Positions 6,481 to 15,205 of a stretch of DNA of 37,666 bases are shown in pieces. Every line of letters starts with the position of its first letter. Position 1 is the first letter of the stretch. A program made the position numbers and the translations under genes. The notes under the pieces were generated by a model, which had not been told where the DNA came from, made no database searches, and saw only the letters and a list, made by a program, of their open reading frames with translations. This DNA is from a virus. The stretch lies in UHGV virus genome UHGV-0324630. One strand, given 5' to 3'.

Positions 6481-9303
6481 ATGACGGCAGAGTACATCAG
6501 GGACTGGCAACAACCGCGCCACGCAGTGGGGCGTGAAGGAACGGGGATCCCCGCTCCTGAATCTGCGCTTTCCTCCTGGCTGGATGCCTACCGGGCAGAG
6601 AACGAGCGCCGCCAGGAAATGGCTGATGCGGCGTTCTCCGCCACACCGCTGGGCAACCTGATTAATAAAAGCCTGGACGCACAGGAAAAACAGGACAAAG
6701 CCATCACACTGGCAGGAGACGCCAGAAAACAGGCACGCGGCGCGGTGGATGAAGCCATGGCCTCGCTGCGCCTGCTGCCGTCCTATTTGCGCGATCCACT
6801 TATTCGTCACCTCTCCTTCCTGCGCAAAAAACAGGAAGCCGATCGCCGGAAAGGCAAAAAGAGCTGGCAGGCAGAACGCTATGCACGCGGAACCCTGCGC
6901 AAGATATTCGATCGCATAAACCGCACCGACAGCCGCTGGCTGACACCGGGTTATCGCTCCCTTGCCGGACGCGAACGCCTGGACGATTTGCTTTACCTGC
7001 CGCAGCTCAACAAGCACCAGATACAGACGCTGGCTACCATGACGGCGGCGATGTTCAGCAGCACCTTCGAAAAACTCTGCGATGGTTTTGGCGCGACCGA
7101 TGGCGAGCTGACCATGGATGTAACCCTGAAGGCGTATCAGATGCTGGCCCGCATGGCGTTACACCTGCACGCCATGCCTCCACATTATGACGCACTGACA
7201 ACAGACAAAGACCGGAGGAACGAACCGGACACGGAGCTGCTGCCAGGCGCAATCCTTCGCCTGACCTGTGCGGAATGGTGGAAACGCAAACTGTGGCTGT
7301 TACGTTGTGAGTGGCGGGAAGAACAACTTCGCGCCGCCTGTCTGGTTTCCAGAAAAACATCGCCCTATCTGAGCCAGGACGCGTTAAGCGAGTTTCGCGC
7401 ACAGCGCGAGAAAACACGCGATTTCCTGAAAAGTTTCATGCTGGAAAACGAAGACGGGTTCACGATTGATCTCGAGACAGTGTATTACGCGGGAGTAAGT
7501 AACCCGGTTCACCGTAAGGCAGAAATGATGGCCACCATGAAGGGGCTGGAACTTCTGGCCGAAGCCCGTGGCGACAAAGCGGTGTTTCTGACTGTCACCT
7601 GCCCGTCAAAATACCACGCCACAACAGAGAACGGTCATCCGAATCCCAAATGGAACGGGGCCACCATGCGCGACTCCAGCGATTACCTGGTTAACACGTT
7701 TTTTGCGGCGGTCCGCAAGAAACTGAACCGCGACGGCCTGCGCTGGTATGGCATCCGCACGGTGGAGCCTCACCATGACGGCACCGTGCACTGGCATATG
7801 ATGGTCTTTGCTCATCCGGAAGAAATCGACACCATTGTGTCCCACACCCGTGATATTGCCATTCAGGAAGATCGTCACGAGCTGGGTGATGATATTACCC
7901 CACGCTTTAAGGCGGAGTACGTCGACGGCTCAAAAGGCACACCGACCAGCTACATCGCCACCTACATCGGGAAAAACCTGGACAGCCGTGCCGTGGATGG
8001 CATCGACCCGAAAACGGGCAAGCCACGCGTTGACCACGAAACCGGAAAATCAATGGCCGAGAGCGTGGAACGCGCCATCGGCTGGGCGCGCCTTCACCGG
8101 GTCCGCCAGTTCCAGTTTTTTGGTATCCCCTCCCGTCAGGTGTGGCGTGAGCTGCGTCGCCTTGCCAGCCAGATGGCACGCAACCCGGAAGGCCCACAAC
8201 GGCTGAAGGATGACGCAATGGATGCGGTTCTTGCTGCCGCTGATGCCGGATGTTTTGCCACCTACATAGAGAAACAGGGCGGCGTACTTGTTCCACGCAA
8301 GGACTACCTGGTTCGCACCGCCTACGACCTCGCAGATGAACTGAATGATTACGGCGAACAGAGCGTACAGATTTACGGGATCTGGTCACCACTCATCGGG
8401 GAATCCTCTCGTGTGTGCACGCATCCGGATAACTGGAAGCTGGTAAGACGTAAACCGGAAACGGAAGACAGCGCCCGCGAAAATGGTTTTGACCTTCAGG
8501 GCGGCCCTGCCGCCCCTTGGACTCGTGGCAATAACTGTCCCCGTGTACAGGAAACGGACAACAACGGGACAGAACAGCCGGAAGAACGGCCAGCACCGTG
8601 GCCGCAGCTCCCTGACGGCGTTGAAGTGAACGAATGGATGCGCTCACTGAAACGGCACGAACGCCGGGCGCTGATGCGTTCGCTTCGTGACAAACAGGCA
8701 AAAAACAGCAGTGATGAAATGCAGAGCTGGACACAGAGCCGCAAACAGCAGCGGCCTTTGCCTGATAACCACGAATTACTCGCTAAAGAATGGCGGGAGT
8801 CTGCTGAATCTCTCGGCCTGCATATCGGTGAACAACAGATGCAGCACCTGTTACGGGGCGGCAGTCTGTACGTTGACGGCAGCATCATTGCACCGCAGGG
8901 ATTTGAAATTATACGCAAACCGGATACCCGCCCGGACAGCCGAATCACGCAGCTCTGGCAGCGCCTGAGCCGTAATCACGGCGTAAGCAGCACGGAGATC
9001 CGCCATAACCCGGTCGCCAGCTATCTGGCACAGCTGGGGGCATCAGCCCCTGAAGCCGCCGCACGCCTGGCATCCACACTTCAGCAGGACCAGAACACCA
9101 TGAAAACACCCGTTACCGTGCTTTCTGACATGCTGCGCGCCATCCGCGACGCAGAGCACGCACAGAGAATCAGTGAAACCACTGAACGCGCCCGCCGCAA
9201 AGCAGACCTGCTGCGGGGTGGCCTGACCAGTGGAAACAATAAACAGACAGAAACGGGACTCACGAATCCCGTAAATGAGCAAAAAACGCGCAGCGATATA
9301 TGA
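6481..9303 (+). CDS. A: Rolling-circle replication initiation endonuclease (P2 gpA family), with a long C-terminal extension
   Basis: 940-aa ORF; HUH-type motif GTVHWHMMVFAHP and paired-tyrosine motif TSYIATYIGKN typical of P2 A-type Rep proteins. Longer than P2 gpA (about 760 aa by my memory). Confidence 0.9.
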   Translation: MTAEYIRDWQQPRHAVGREGTGIPAPESALSSWLDAYRAENERRQEMADAAFSATPLGNLINKSLDAQEKQDKAITLAGDARKQARGAVDEAMASLRLLPSYLRDPLIRHLSFLRKKQEADRRKGKKSWQAERYARGTLRKIFDRINRTDSRWLTPGYRSLAGRERLDDLLYLPQLNKHQIQTLATMTAAMFSSTFEKLCDGFGATDGELTMDVTLKAYQMLARMALHLHAMPPHYDALTTDKDRRNEPDTELLPGAILRLTCAEWWKRKLWLLRCEWREEQLRAACLVSRKTSPYLSQDALSEFRAQREKTRDFLKSFMLENEDGFTIDLETVYYAGVSNPVHRKAEMMATMKGLELLAEARGDKAVFLTVTCPSKYHATTENGHPNPKWNGATMRDSSDYLVNTFFAAVRKKLNRDGLRWYGIRTVEPHHDGTVHWHMMVFAHPEEIDTIVSHTRDIAIQEDRHELGDDITPRFKAEYVDGSKGTPTSYIATYIGKNLDSRAVDGIDPKTGKPRVDHETGKSMAESVERAIGWARLHRVRQFQFFGIPSRQVWRELRRLASQMARNPEGPQRLKDDAMDAVLAAADAGCFATYIEKQGGVLVPRKDYLVRTAYDLADELNDYGEQSVQIYGIWSPLIGESSRVCTHPDNWKLVRRKPETEDSARENGFDLQGGPAAPWTRGNNCPRVQETDNNGTEQPEERPAPWPQLPDGVEVNEWMRSLKRHERRALMRSLRDKQAKNSSDEMQSWTQSRKQQRPLPDNHELLAKEWRESAESLGLHIGEQQMQHLLRGGSLYVDGSIIAPQGFEIIRKPDTRPDSRITQLWQRLSRNHGVSSTEIRHNPVASYLAQLGASAPEAAARLASTLQQDQNTMKTPVTVLSDMLRAIRDAEHAQRISETTERARRKADLLRGGLTSGNNKQTETGLTNPVNEQKTRSDI

Positions 9304-9348
9304 AGCGCGCACAAAACAGGCAAAAACGGGATTTCAGAATCCCGTAAA
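9251..9348. repeat. Two copies of a ~25-bp dyad-containing repeat (AAACGGGA-N8-GAATCCCGTAAA); candidate parC-like centromere/operator
   Basis: Copy 1 at 9251..9275 (inside the gpA 3' end), copy 2 at 9324..9348 (parM upstream region); each holds an inverted repeat GGGAyT-N4-AATCCC; flanking A-rich context is also similar. Confidence 0.4.
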
Positions 9349-9379
9349 CGATTAATTAATCAACATAAGGAAAAGCGAC

Positions 9380-10339
9380 ATGAAAATTTGTATCGACGAC
9401 GGCTCCACCAACATCAAGCTGGCATGGACTGAGAACGGCGAACGCCGCAACGCCATCAGCCCGAACAGCTTCAAGTCGGAATGGTCTGCGCCGTTCGGTG
9501 GCACGCAGCCCGCGAACTACATGCTTGATGGCGTGCGCTATGGTTTTGATCCTGTCAGCGATCGCTTTGTCCAGACGACCGACACGCAATACCAATACAG
9601 CGATGTGAATGTCATTGCCATTCATCACGCGCTGGTCAAATCAGGCATCACGCCACAGGAGGTGGATGTGGTTGTCACCCTGCCACTGAGCGAGTATTTC
9701 GACACAAACGCACAGCCGGACATGGCCAACATCAACCGCAAAAAAGCGAACGTTATGCGCCCGGTGGAGTACCAGAACGGCAAAGCATTCACTATCCGTA
9801 ACGTACGGGTTATGCCTGAATCTATTCCGGCTGGCTTTAAAGCACTGGCTGACATGAGTCCGTTTGAATCCCTGCTGATTGTGGATTTAGGCGGAACCAC
9901 GCTGGATGTGGCAAAGGTTCAGGGACAACTGGCAGGTATCAGCCAGGTGTTTTGCGATCCACACGTAGGCGTTTCCCTGATGGCCGATGCAGTACTGTCG
10001 GTGATGGCCACTAACGGTATGCGTACCAGTCACCACATCGCCAATACCATTATCGAACATCGCCATGATGAAGCTTGGCTGCGCCAGCACATCCACAATG
10101 ACGCGCATTACGCCAGCCTGATGGCGGTTATTCGTGAAAAGGAAGAAACACTGAAACAACGCGTGATCCGCGCGCTGGCGGGTTTTTCGGGTTACGGGCG
10201 GGTGATGGTTGTCGGTGGCGGAGCGGAGATTGTGGCACCCGCTATCCGCGAAGCCTGCGGGGTTAATGCGACTTTCATCGCGGACGGGGTGCCACAGTTT
10301 GCTCTGGTTAATGGGCTGTACGCAATGGACAAGGAGTAA
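9380..10339 (+). CDS. parM: ParM/StbA-family actin-like ATPase (type II partition NTPase)
   Basis: 319-aa ORF; N-terminus MKICIDDGSTNIKLAW...ISPNSFKSEW...YQYSDVNVIAIHHAL and later PESIPAGF, IVDLGGTTLD, FSGY..VMVVGGGAE align closely with my memory of plasmid R1 ParM (MLVFIDDGSTNIKLQW...ISPNSFKREW...). Confidence 0.9.
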   Translation: MKICIDDGSTNIKLAWTENGERRNAISPNSFKSEWSAPFGGTQPANYMLDGVRYGFDPVSDRFVQTTDTQYQYSDVNVIAIHHALVKSGITPQEVDVVVTLPLSEYFDTNAQPDMANINRKKANVMRPVEYQNGKAFTIRNVRVMPESIPAGFKALADMSPFESLLIVDLGGTTLDVAKVQGQLAGISQVFCDPHVGVSLMADAVLSVMATNGMRTSHHIANTIIEHRHDEAWLRQHIHNDAHYASLMAVIREKEETLKQRVIRALAGFSGYGRVMVVGGGAEIVAPAIREACGVNATFIADGVPQFALVNGLYAMDKE

Positions 10340-10343
10340 ACCA

Positions 10344-10655
10344 ATGACGACACCAACCAGACGGATAAGTTTCTATCTGAAGCCCGCCGCCGTCAAGAAC
10401 GAAGGCGAAGCATGCGCCTGGCTGGACAGCCTTACACCAGAAGCCCGTAAAAACGGCCAACGCGTGGCTTTTCTGGCCGGGCTGGCGCTTCTGAAAATGA
10501 ATCCGGCAGAGGCTTACCGACTGGCAGCATGGGCTGACGATGAGGCGTTATCAGTGACACAAACCAGGACAGAACGCCCCCTGTCACAGCCAGTACCAAC
10601 CGCACAGATAACCAGTCAGATGGCCGGAAATATCAGGGCGTTATTTCCTGAATAA
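10344..10655 (+). CDS. parR: ParR-like centromere-binding adaptor (RHH family)
   Basis: 103-aa ORF from ATG 10344 (AAGGAG RBS); RISFYLKPAAVKNEGEACAWLDSLTPEARKNGQRVAFLAGLALLKMNP and C-terminal IRALFPE resemble R1 ParR (IAFKLNPDV...DSIPQGERSRLNRAALTAGLALYRQDP, LRSLFPKE) from memory. The longer track ORF from 10209 overlaps parM and is probably not the true start. Confidence 0.8.
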   Translation: MTTPTRRISFYLKPAAVKNEGEACAWLDSLTPEARKNGQRVAFLAGLALLKMNPAEAYRLAAWADDEALSVTQTRTERPLSQPVPTAQITSQMAGNIRALFPE

Positions 10656-10663
10656 CACAACGT

Positions 10664-10681
10664 CAGGGCGAGTTCGCCCTG
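10664..10681 (+). terminator. Stem-loop (CAGGGCG-agtt-CGCCCTG) just downstream of parR; possible terminator or stabiliser, no U-tract
   Basis: Perfect 7-bp GC-rich stem read directly from the sequence. Confidence 0.3.
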
Positions 10682-10718
10682 ATCTCCATCTCAGAACATA
10701 AACAAGAAGAGCGACTTA

Positions 10719-11102
10719 ATGAGCAAAATCAACTATCAGGCATTACGTGAACGTTATTCACCTGCACCAGTACCAAAATGCCCTATTTGCGGCGAAGAAA
10801 TGTCAATTCAGCGAATATCTGGAGCACAGGTTGTTTATGCCTGCTCCAGTTATGGTGATGATGGAGATTTCAAAGTTGGTCGAACTCTTGTCGACGAACA
10901 TTATGAAAAATCACGCGTAACAGTGTTGGATGTCGGGGCCCCTGAAGTATTGGCGCTACTTGATTGACTGGAAACCAAAGACAACCGAATCACTGAACTG
11001 GAAAAAATCGCCACTGACTATGCACTTAAATTCCAGAAAGCACAGGACGCATTAAAGTACGCCGCTTTGCTGCATAGCAGGACAGCGCAGCTAAAATACT
11101 AA
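10719..11102 (+). pseudogene. Zn-ribbon/coiled-coil small protein interrupted by an in-frame TGA at 10965..10967 (probable TGG to TGA nonsense change); 82-aa product if terminated
   Basis: ORF 10719..10967 (CPICGEEM...YACSS) stops at TGA, but the same frame continues protein-like for 44 more codons (LETKDNRITELEKIATDYALKFQKAQDALKYAALLHSRTAQLKY) to TAA at 11100-11102. Reading TGA as Trp gives a seamless ...LALLDWLETKDN... junction. Confidence 0.4.
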
Positions 11103-11192
11103 CTTAAAGCGGAAGATTAATACATGGTGAGTCGGGGTAATTTGTTTTTATCCCGACAAATAAACAAAAAAGTGGACTATCTCTGTAGTATC

Positions 11193-11723
11193 TTATTCAG
11201 CATCGTCTCGTGCAGTCTGTGCATACGTCACAACAACGCCCAATGCATTAGTTTTCTTTTCAACATAGATAATATTGTCATATTCATAGTTACCATACGG
11301 ATAGCAAATAAGAATATTTTTATGCAGTTCGGGATCATCAACAAACGCTCCGGAACAGCTTCTTGAACTACCAGATGTATACTCATACGGTGCAACATAT
11401 GATGATGTTACTCCTGGTAAAAAATAAGTCACCATCATAAGAGGGATAATCAGGAATATCCCTGTAAGAATGCAAGAGCCAGCATAAACCTTCAGGTATT
11501 CCGACAGTCCTTTCCAGCCACTTTGCTTCACTACCCCCCTCTTCACCAGAAACAAGGAGAAGAAAAAGGACATACCCATACTACACAAGATGTAATAATT
11601 GGATATACGCGAATTAAGATATGTAATCCTGTAGATATCTGCCCTCCACCAGTAAAAGAGGAAAATAATCCCTAGCACTGAAACAGTCATGCAAATCAAA
11701 TAAGGATATGAATCTTTCTTCAT
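11193..11723 (-). CDS. Integral membrane protein (about 4 TM helices plus a C-terminal soluble region), unknown function; AT-rich cargo gene at the position of the P2 tin/old accessory locus
   Basis: 176-aa ORF; hydrophobic segments LICMTVSVLGIIFLFYWW, YILCSMGMSFFFSLFLV, VYAGSCILTGIFLIIPLMMVTYFL; markedly AT-rich relative to the phage backbone. Confidence 0.65.
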   Translation of the reverse strand: MKKDSYPYLICMTVSVLGIIFLFYWWRADIYRITYLNSRISNYYILCSMGMSFFFSLFLVKRGVVKQSGWKGLSEYLKVYAGSCILTGIFLIIPLMMVTYFLPGVTSSYVAPYEYTSGSSRSCSGAFVDDPELHKNILICYPYGNYEYDNIIYVEKKTNALGVVVTYAQTARDDAE

Positions 11724-11795
11724 GTCTTGCGCTCATTAAAATTTCCCTGCTACGAACAAATTTACCATCCGTTTTTTGCGCAGAAAACAGCACGA

Positions 11796-11828
11796 TGCAC
11801 ACTGCACGATAGTGCACAAATTTGCACA
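11796..11828. repeat. Four helically phased TGCAC(A) repeats in the non-coding region between the cargo gene and portal gene (probable cos/packaging region)
   Basis: TGCAC at 11796, 11803, 11813, 11823, with a fifth at 11895; flanked by TTTTYTGCGC motifs at about 11773 and 11913. Confidence 0.3.
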
Positions 11829-12253
11829 ATTTTTTTGAACGACTTTTTACCCTTCCGCCCCGCATGGCGGCTGGATCCGTCAAGGATCCGTGCGTGCACA
11901 AAAAAAAGCGTTTTTTCTGCGCGCAGGTGACGGGGGAACAGCCCGCGTTTCAGGGGGTAAATAGCATTCCCTGAGCGATGTCGCAGCGACACAACAGAAT
12001 GGCTGTATTTCTCACGCTGAGCGTGAAAAAGACGTGAGGGCTTTTGATTTGATGGGGTAACAGATAAGGCCGCCAAAATCGCACTGAGGCGGCAGGAACA
12101 TGCAGTCAACGCGGTGGGATTGCGTAAGAGTCTGACCGTCGATGATGGCAATAAGCTGGAAGGCGTCGTGAAATTATCTGATTGATACAGGAGCTGGAGA
12201 GTCGGGGCATAAATTTTTTATGCCCCGGCGAAGCAGCAGACAAGCGAAGCGCG

Positions 12254-13300
12254 TCAGGCTGTGGGCTGAGTGTCTAACAGTGCGTAAGGGTTAAAGCGGA
12301 TCACCTCTTCGCCCAGCCAGTCATTGATGTGCTTCATGGCCTCCATGACGGGCATCAGCTCATTAATTGCGTAAACCCGCGCGGCCTTCTCCACATCACC
12401 AAACGCACTTTTTTCGCCCGGCATCGCCCCCATCAGTTGCGGTGGAACGCGGTGCGCAGCCAGCACATCATCACGGGATGCCGCCTTAACATTCATGAAC
12501 TCATCCTTTGCGGTGATCTGCTGGAACGGCAAAATTTGCACCCCTTCTTTGCCCCCGTTGGGCGCATGAATGAGCACGTTTTTAAACGCACCACCACCAC
12601 GTGCCCCCTGTAGCGTTTCTTTCAGTGAGTCCATGCTTTCGCGGTTTACCTGCGCTGCACCGATGTAGATGATGCACCCGGCGTGGGAGCCGTTGTCGTA
12701 GTACAGTTTTCTGAACATGTCCGCCGAATGAGACAGGCTGGCCGAGAGTAATGCACCAAGATATTCCGGCATGCCGTAGATTTCCTGGTTAATATCCGGA
12801 TTCATCAGGTGGCACACTTTGCCAGGGCGAAACTGAAACGCGTCCTTACCATCCTGCACATACCACCATGATTCAAGATCGCTTCCGCGTCGCATGTATT
12901 TCGCCAGGGCGTGCCGTAATTTAAGCGGTTCGCCGAGCATATTGCTTCGAAGCTCAAGGAATGCGTTACCGAACACAAACCAGTCCAGCGCCAGCGCCGA
13001 GAAATCCTGCCGGGAAAGCAGCGGGTGCGGGATGTAGCAACCGAGTAATACATTGCGCTTAAAGTAAAGCGCAGATTGATGCCAGGACGTTTGCCGGGCA
13101 GCTCTTGCCAGACCGTACCAGTCCACCGGGGTTTCATACCACCGCCCGTTATCAGCACAGTACATATTGTCCAGCAGGTCATGCCCGGTCAGGCGGTAAG
13201 GACCATCAAATGTGAATGCACTGAGCGATGATTCTTTCCTGAGCGCATCAGCGAGATCAATGCGTGAACTCATGCGCACTTTTTTATTTTTTCTGCTCAT
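12254..13300 (-). CDS. Q: Portal protein (P2 gpQ-like, PBSX-type portal family)
   Basis: 348-aa ORF directly downstream of and overlapping (TGATG) the large terminase gene on the minus strand; size and position match P2 Q. Confidence 0.88.
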   Translation of the reverse strand: MSRKNKKVRMSSRIDLADALRKESSLSAFTFDGPYRLTGHDLLDNMYCADNGRWYETPVDWYGLARAARQTSWHQSALYFKRNVLLGCYIPHPLLSRQDFSALALDWFVFGNAFLELRSNMLGEPLKLRHALAKYMRRGSDLESWWYVQDGKDAFQFRPGKVCHLMNPDINQEIYGMPEYLGALLSASLSHSADMFRKLYYDNGSHAGCIIYIGAAQVNRESMDSLKETLQGARGGGAFKNVLIHAPNGGKEGVQILPFQQITAKDEFMNVKAASRDDVLAAHRVPPQLMGAMPGEKSAFGDVEKAARVYAINELMPVMEAMKHINDWLGEEVIRFNPYALLDTQPTA

Positions 13301-15051
13301 CAGAACTCCATAACCGTGAAACGCTCGTTTTCTCCTTCGCCGCCAATCGGTTCGTTAATGACAGCAAGCATGGTTGCCCACGCAAGGTCGCCGTGGCTAA
13401 TCCCCCTCGCGCGGTCCGTTTCGTAAGTGATAAAGCCGCCCGGTGTTTTCACCTTACGCACGGCGTTAAAGGCCGCGACCAGCTCGCGTTCGGCGCGATC
13501 GTATTCCCACCGCCCGGCACGCATTATTTGCAGCATTTTCAGTACCAGCGACCGTTTTGATGACAGCGTGAAGGTGTACGGAATAGCTGCAGGGAAAAAC
13601 CGTTTCACTATCTGATAAACAGCCTCCCCGTTCCCGCCCGTCACATCAATGCCGATGTGTTCCACGTTGTAGCGATACGTGAACTCTTCAATGACTCTGG
13701 CCTGTTCTTCAAACTCCAGCCCCTGAACGCGTCGCGTCTCCACCGTTCGAAAACGGCCACCAGGAACAGCCGGAGGAACCACCACGGACACTGCACCGCT
13801 GTCGCCGTTTCCACTGCTGCCGTTTGCGTCATACCCAATCCATACCGGACGATTCCCCATCGGGCGGGGAGCAAAAGGTTTCCAGTCTTTCCAGTCGTCG
13901 TATCCGTCAACACCGCAGCCAATCAGGATATTCAGGTTAAATGCCGATTCCCCTTCGCGAACAAACTCACACATATAGAGATTGAGGAACTCGTCTTCGG
14001 TGTTTTCATCACGGATTTCGTCAATATCGGTGTGTTTCCAGCCGTGATTAACCACATCTTCCAGCGTGACAATTTGCCGCCACGTCCGGTCAGGGCAGAT
14101 AAGCCCGTTATGCAGCGTTTTCCAGTCCACAGAAAAACGCTGGCGTTTATGCGAGGCCTTTTTCTCGTTCCAGCGGTCGCCGTTCCAGTAGGCGTATGCC
14201 TCGTGCGTTTCGGTGGATGGCGTGGAGAAGTAGGTGCGCCGCAGTCCGCTGAGGGTTGCCATAGCGCCAGCCACCTTGCGCAGTTCAGCAAAGCGACTGA
14301 CCCAGAAAAATTCATCAAAATAAAAATTGCCCGTATAGGACTGTGCCGACGCAGCAGAAGTGCCGAGAAAATGCAGCTCTGCGCCGTTGGAGAGGATGAT
14401 TTTATCGCCCCCTTTCAGCTCCACATCAACTTCAGCCGCGGCCTTCTGAATAATGCTTTTAAACTGGAACGCCTGACGACGCGACGCAGACAAAAAAATC
14501 TGGTTACGCTGGTAAGGTTGCGCCACATCGTCACGCAGCGCCATCAGCAGTGCTTCCTGTGCAAAATACCAGGTCGCCCCAATCTGTCGGGATTTCAGGA
14601 TCATCCTGTTACGTATCCCGGCTTCCCTGCAAAGAGTCAGGGAGTCAAACCAGCCCCGCTGATGCCACTCCAGCCTGCTGATGATTTTTTCCCGCAGTGC
14701 GGCAATCTGTTCCGGCGTGAAATGATTTTTAAGTTTTTTCGCCCGGCCTTTCTTTCCTGTGGCCGTCGCATCCGGCTGGCCATCATGCATTTTTTTAAGC
14801 TGCCGGGTCAGCAGGTCTATTTCCTTGAAGTCACCACCTGTTTTATTCTGTTTTTCAGTAAGCTGGATGAGGCGCGCATCGATGGACTGCGTGACACGCT
14901 GCACGGGTGGCGTTTCATCCCACTGGTCGCGTTTTTTCCACGCATAAATCGTGTTCGGGTTTATTCCCATCAGACGTGAGATTTCTGCGGGCGGATAACC
15001 CTGCCAGTAAAGTTGCCGCGCACGCTGGCGCACAAAAGCGTCCTGAATCAT
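13300..15051 (-). CDS. P: Terminase large (ATPase) subunit, P2 gpP-like
   Basis: 583-aa ORF; N-terminal HTH-like segment (RARQLYWQGYPPAEISRLMGINPNTIYAWKKR) followed by an ATPase/nuclease-sized body; divergent from the scaffold/capsid operon as in P2. Confidence 0.9.
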   Translation of the reverse strand: MIQDAFVRQRARQLYWQGYPPAEISRLMGINPNTIYAWKKRDQWDETPPVQRVTQSIDARLIQLTEKQNKTGGDFKEIDLLTRQLKKMHDGQPDATATGKKGRAKKLKNHFTPEQIAALREKIISRLEWHQRGWFDSLTLCREAGIRNRMILKSRQIGATWYFAQEALLMALRDDVAQPYQRNQIFLSASRRQAFQFKSIIQKAAAEVDVELKGGDKIILSNGAELHFLGTSAASAQSYTGNFYFDEFFWVSRFAELRKVAGAMATLSGLRRTYFSTPSTETHEAYAYWNGDRWNEKKASHKRQRFSVDWKTLHNGLICPDRTWRQIVTLEDVVNHGWKHTDIDEIRDENTEDEFLNLYMCEFVREGESAFNLNILIGCGVDGYDDWKDWKPFAPRPMGNRPVWIGYDANGSSGNGDSGAVSVVVPPAVPGGRFRTVETRRVQGLEFEEQARVIEEFTYRYNVEHIGIDVTGGNGEAVYQIVKRFFPAAIPYTFTLSSKRSLVLKMLQIMRAGRWEYDRAERELVAAFNAVRKVKTPGGFITYETDRARGISHGDLAWATMLAVINEPIGGEGENERFTVMEF

Positions 15052-15205
15052 TGCTCCCCCTGAGTAATTACAGGAAGATTACCCGCGCGCGAAACCGTTC
15101 TCCTTAACCCCCTGTTCTGGCCGTTTTCTTACAACAAAAGGCCTTTGTATCAGCCTGTTACGCTTTGCCATCATGACTGAAGAACCAGTCAGAGGGGCAA
15201 AAACT

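Noticed and set aside
5944-7017. 357-aa ORF on the minus strand
   Set aside because: Lies antisense to the 3' end of the 6109..6474 gene and the 5' part of gene A, which has clear Rep motifs; Cys/Arg/Gly-rich low-complexity translation typical of a spurious antisense frame in GC-rich DNA.
12082-12103. Possible cohesive-end (cos) sequence GAGGCGGCAGGAACATGC
   Set aside because: Only weak resemblance to my memory of the P2 cos 19-mer; too uncertain to annotate. Reported only as part of the cos-region finding.
13657-14979. 440-aa ORF on the plus strand
   Set aside because: Entirely antisense to the large terminase gene (13300..15051, minus), which has a convincing product; no RBS or recognisable domain.
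15052-15205. Ogr-type late promoter elements (TGT-N12-ACA) in the divergent P/O intergenic region and upstream of FI (33015..33171)
   Set aside because: Scanned by eye: TGT and ACA triplets occur but none with the exact 12-bp spacing, so no late-promoter call is made despite this being the expected location.
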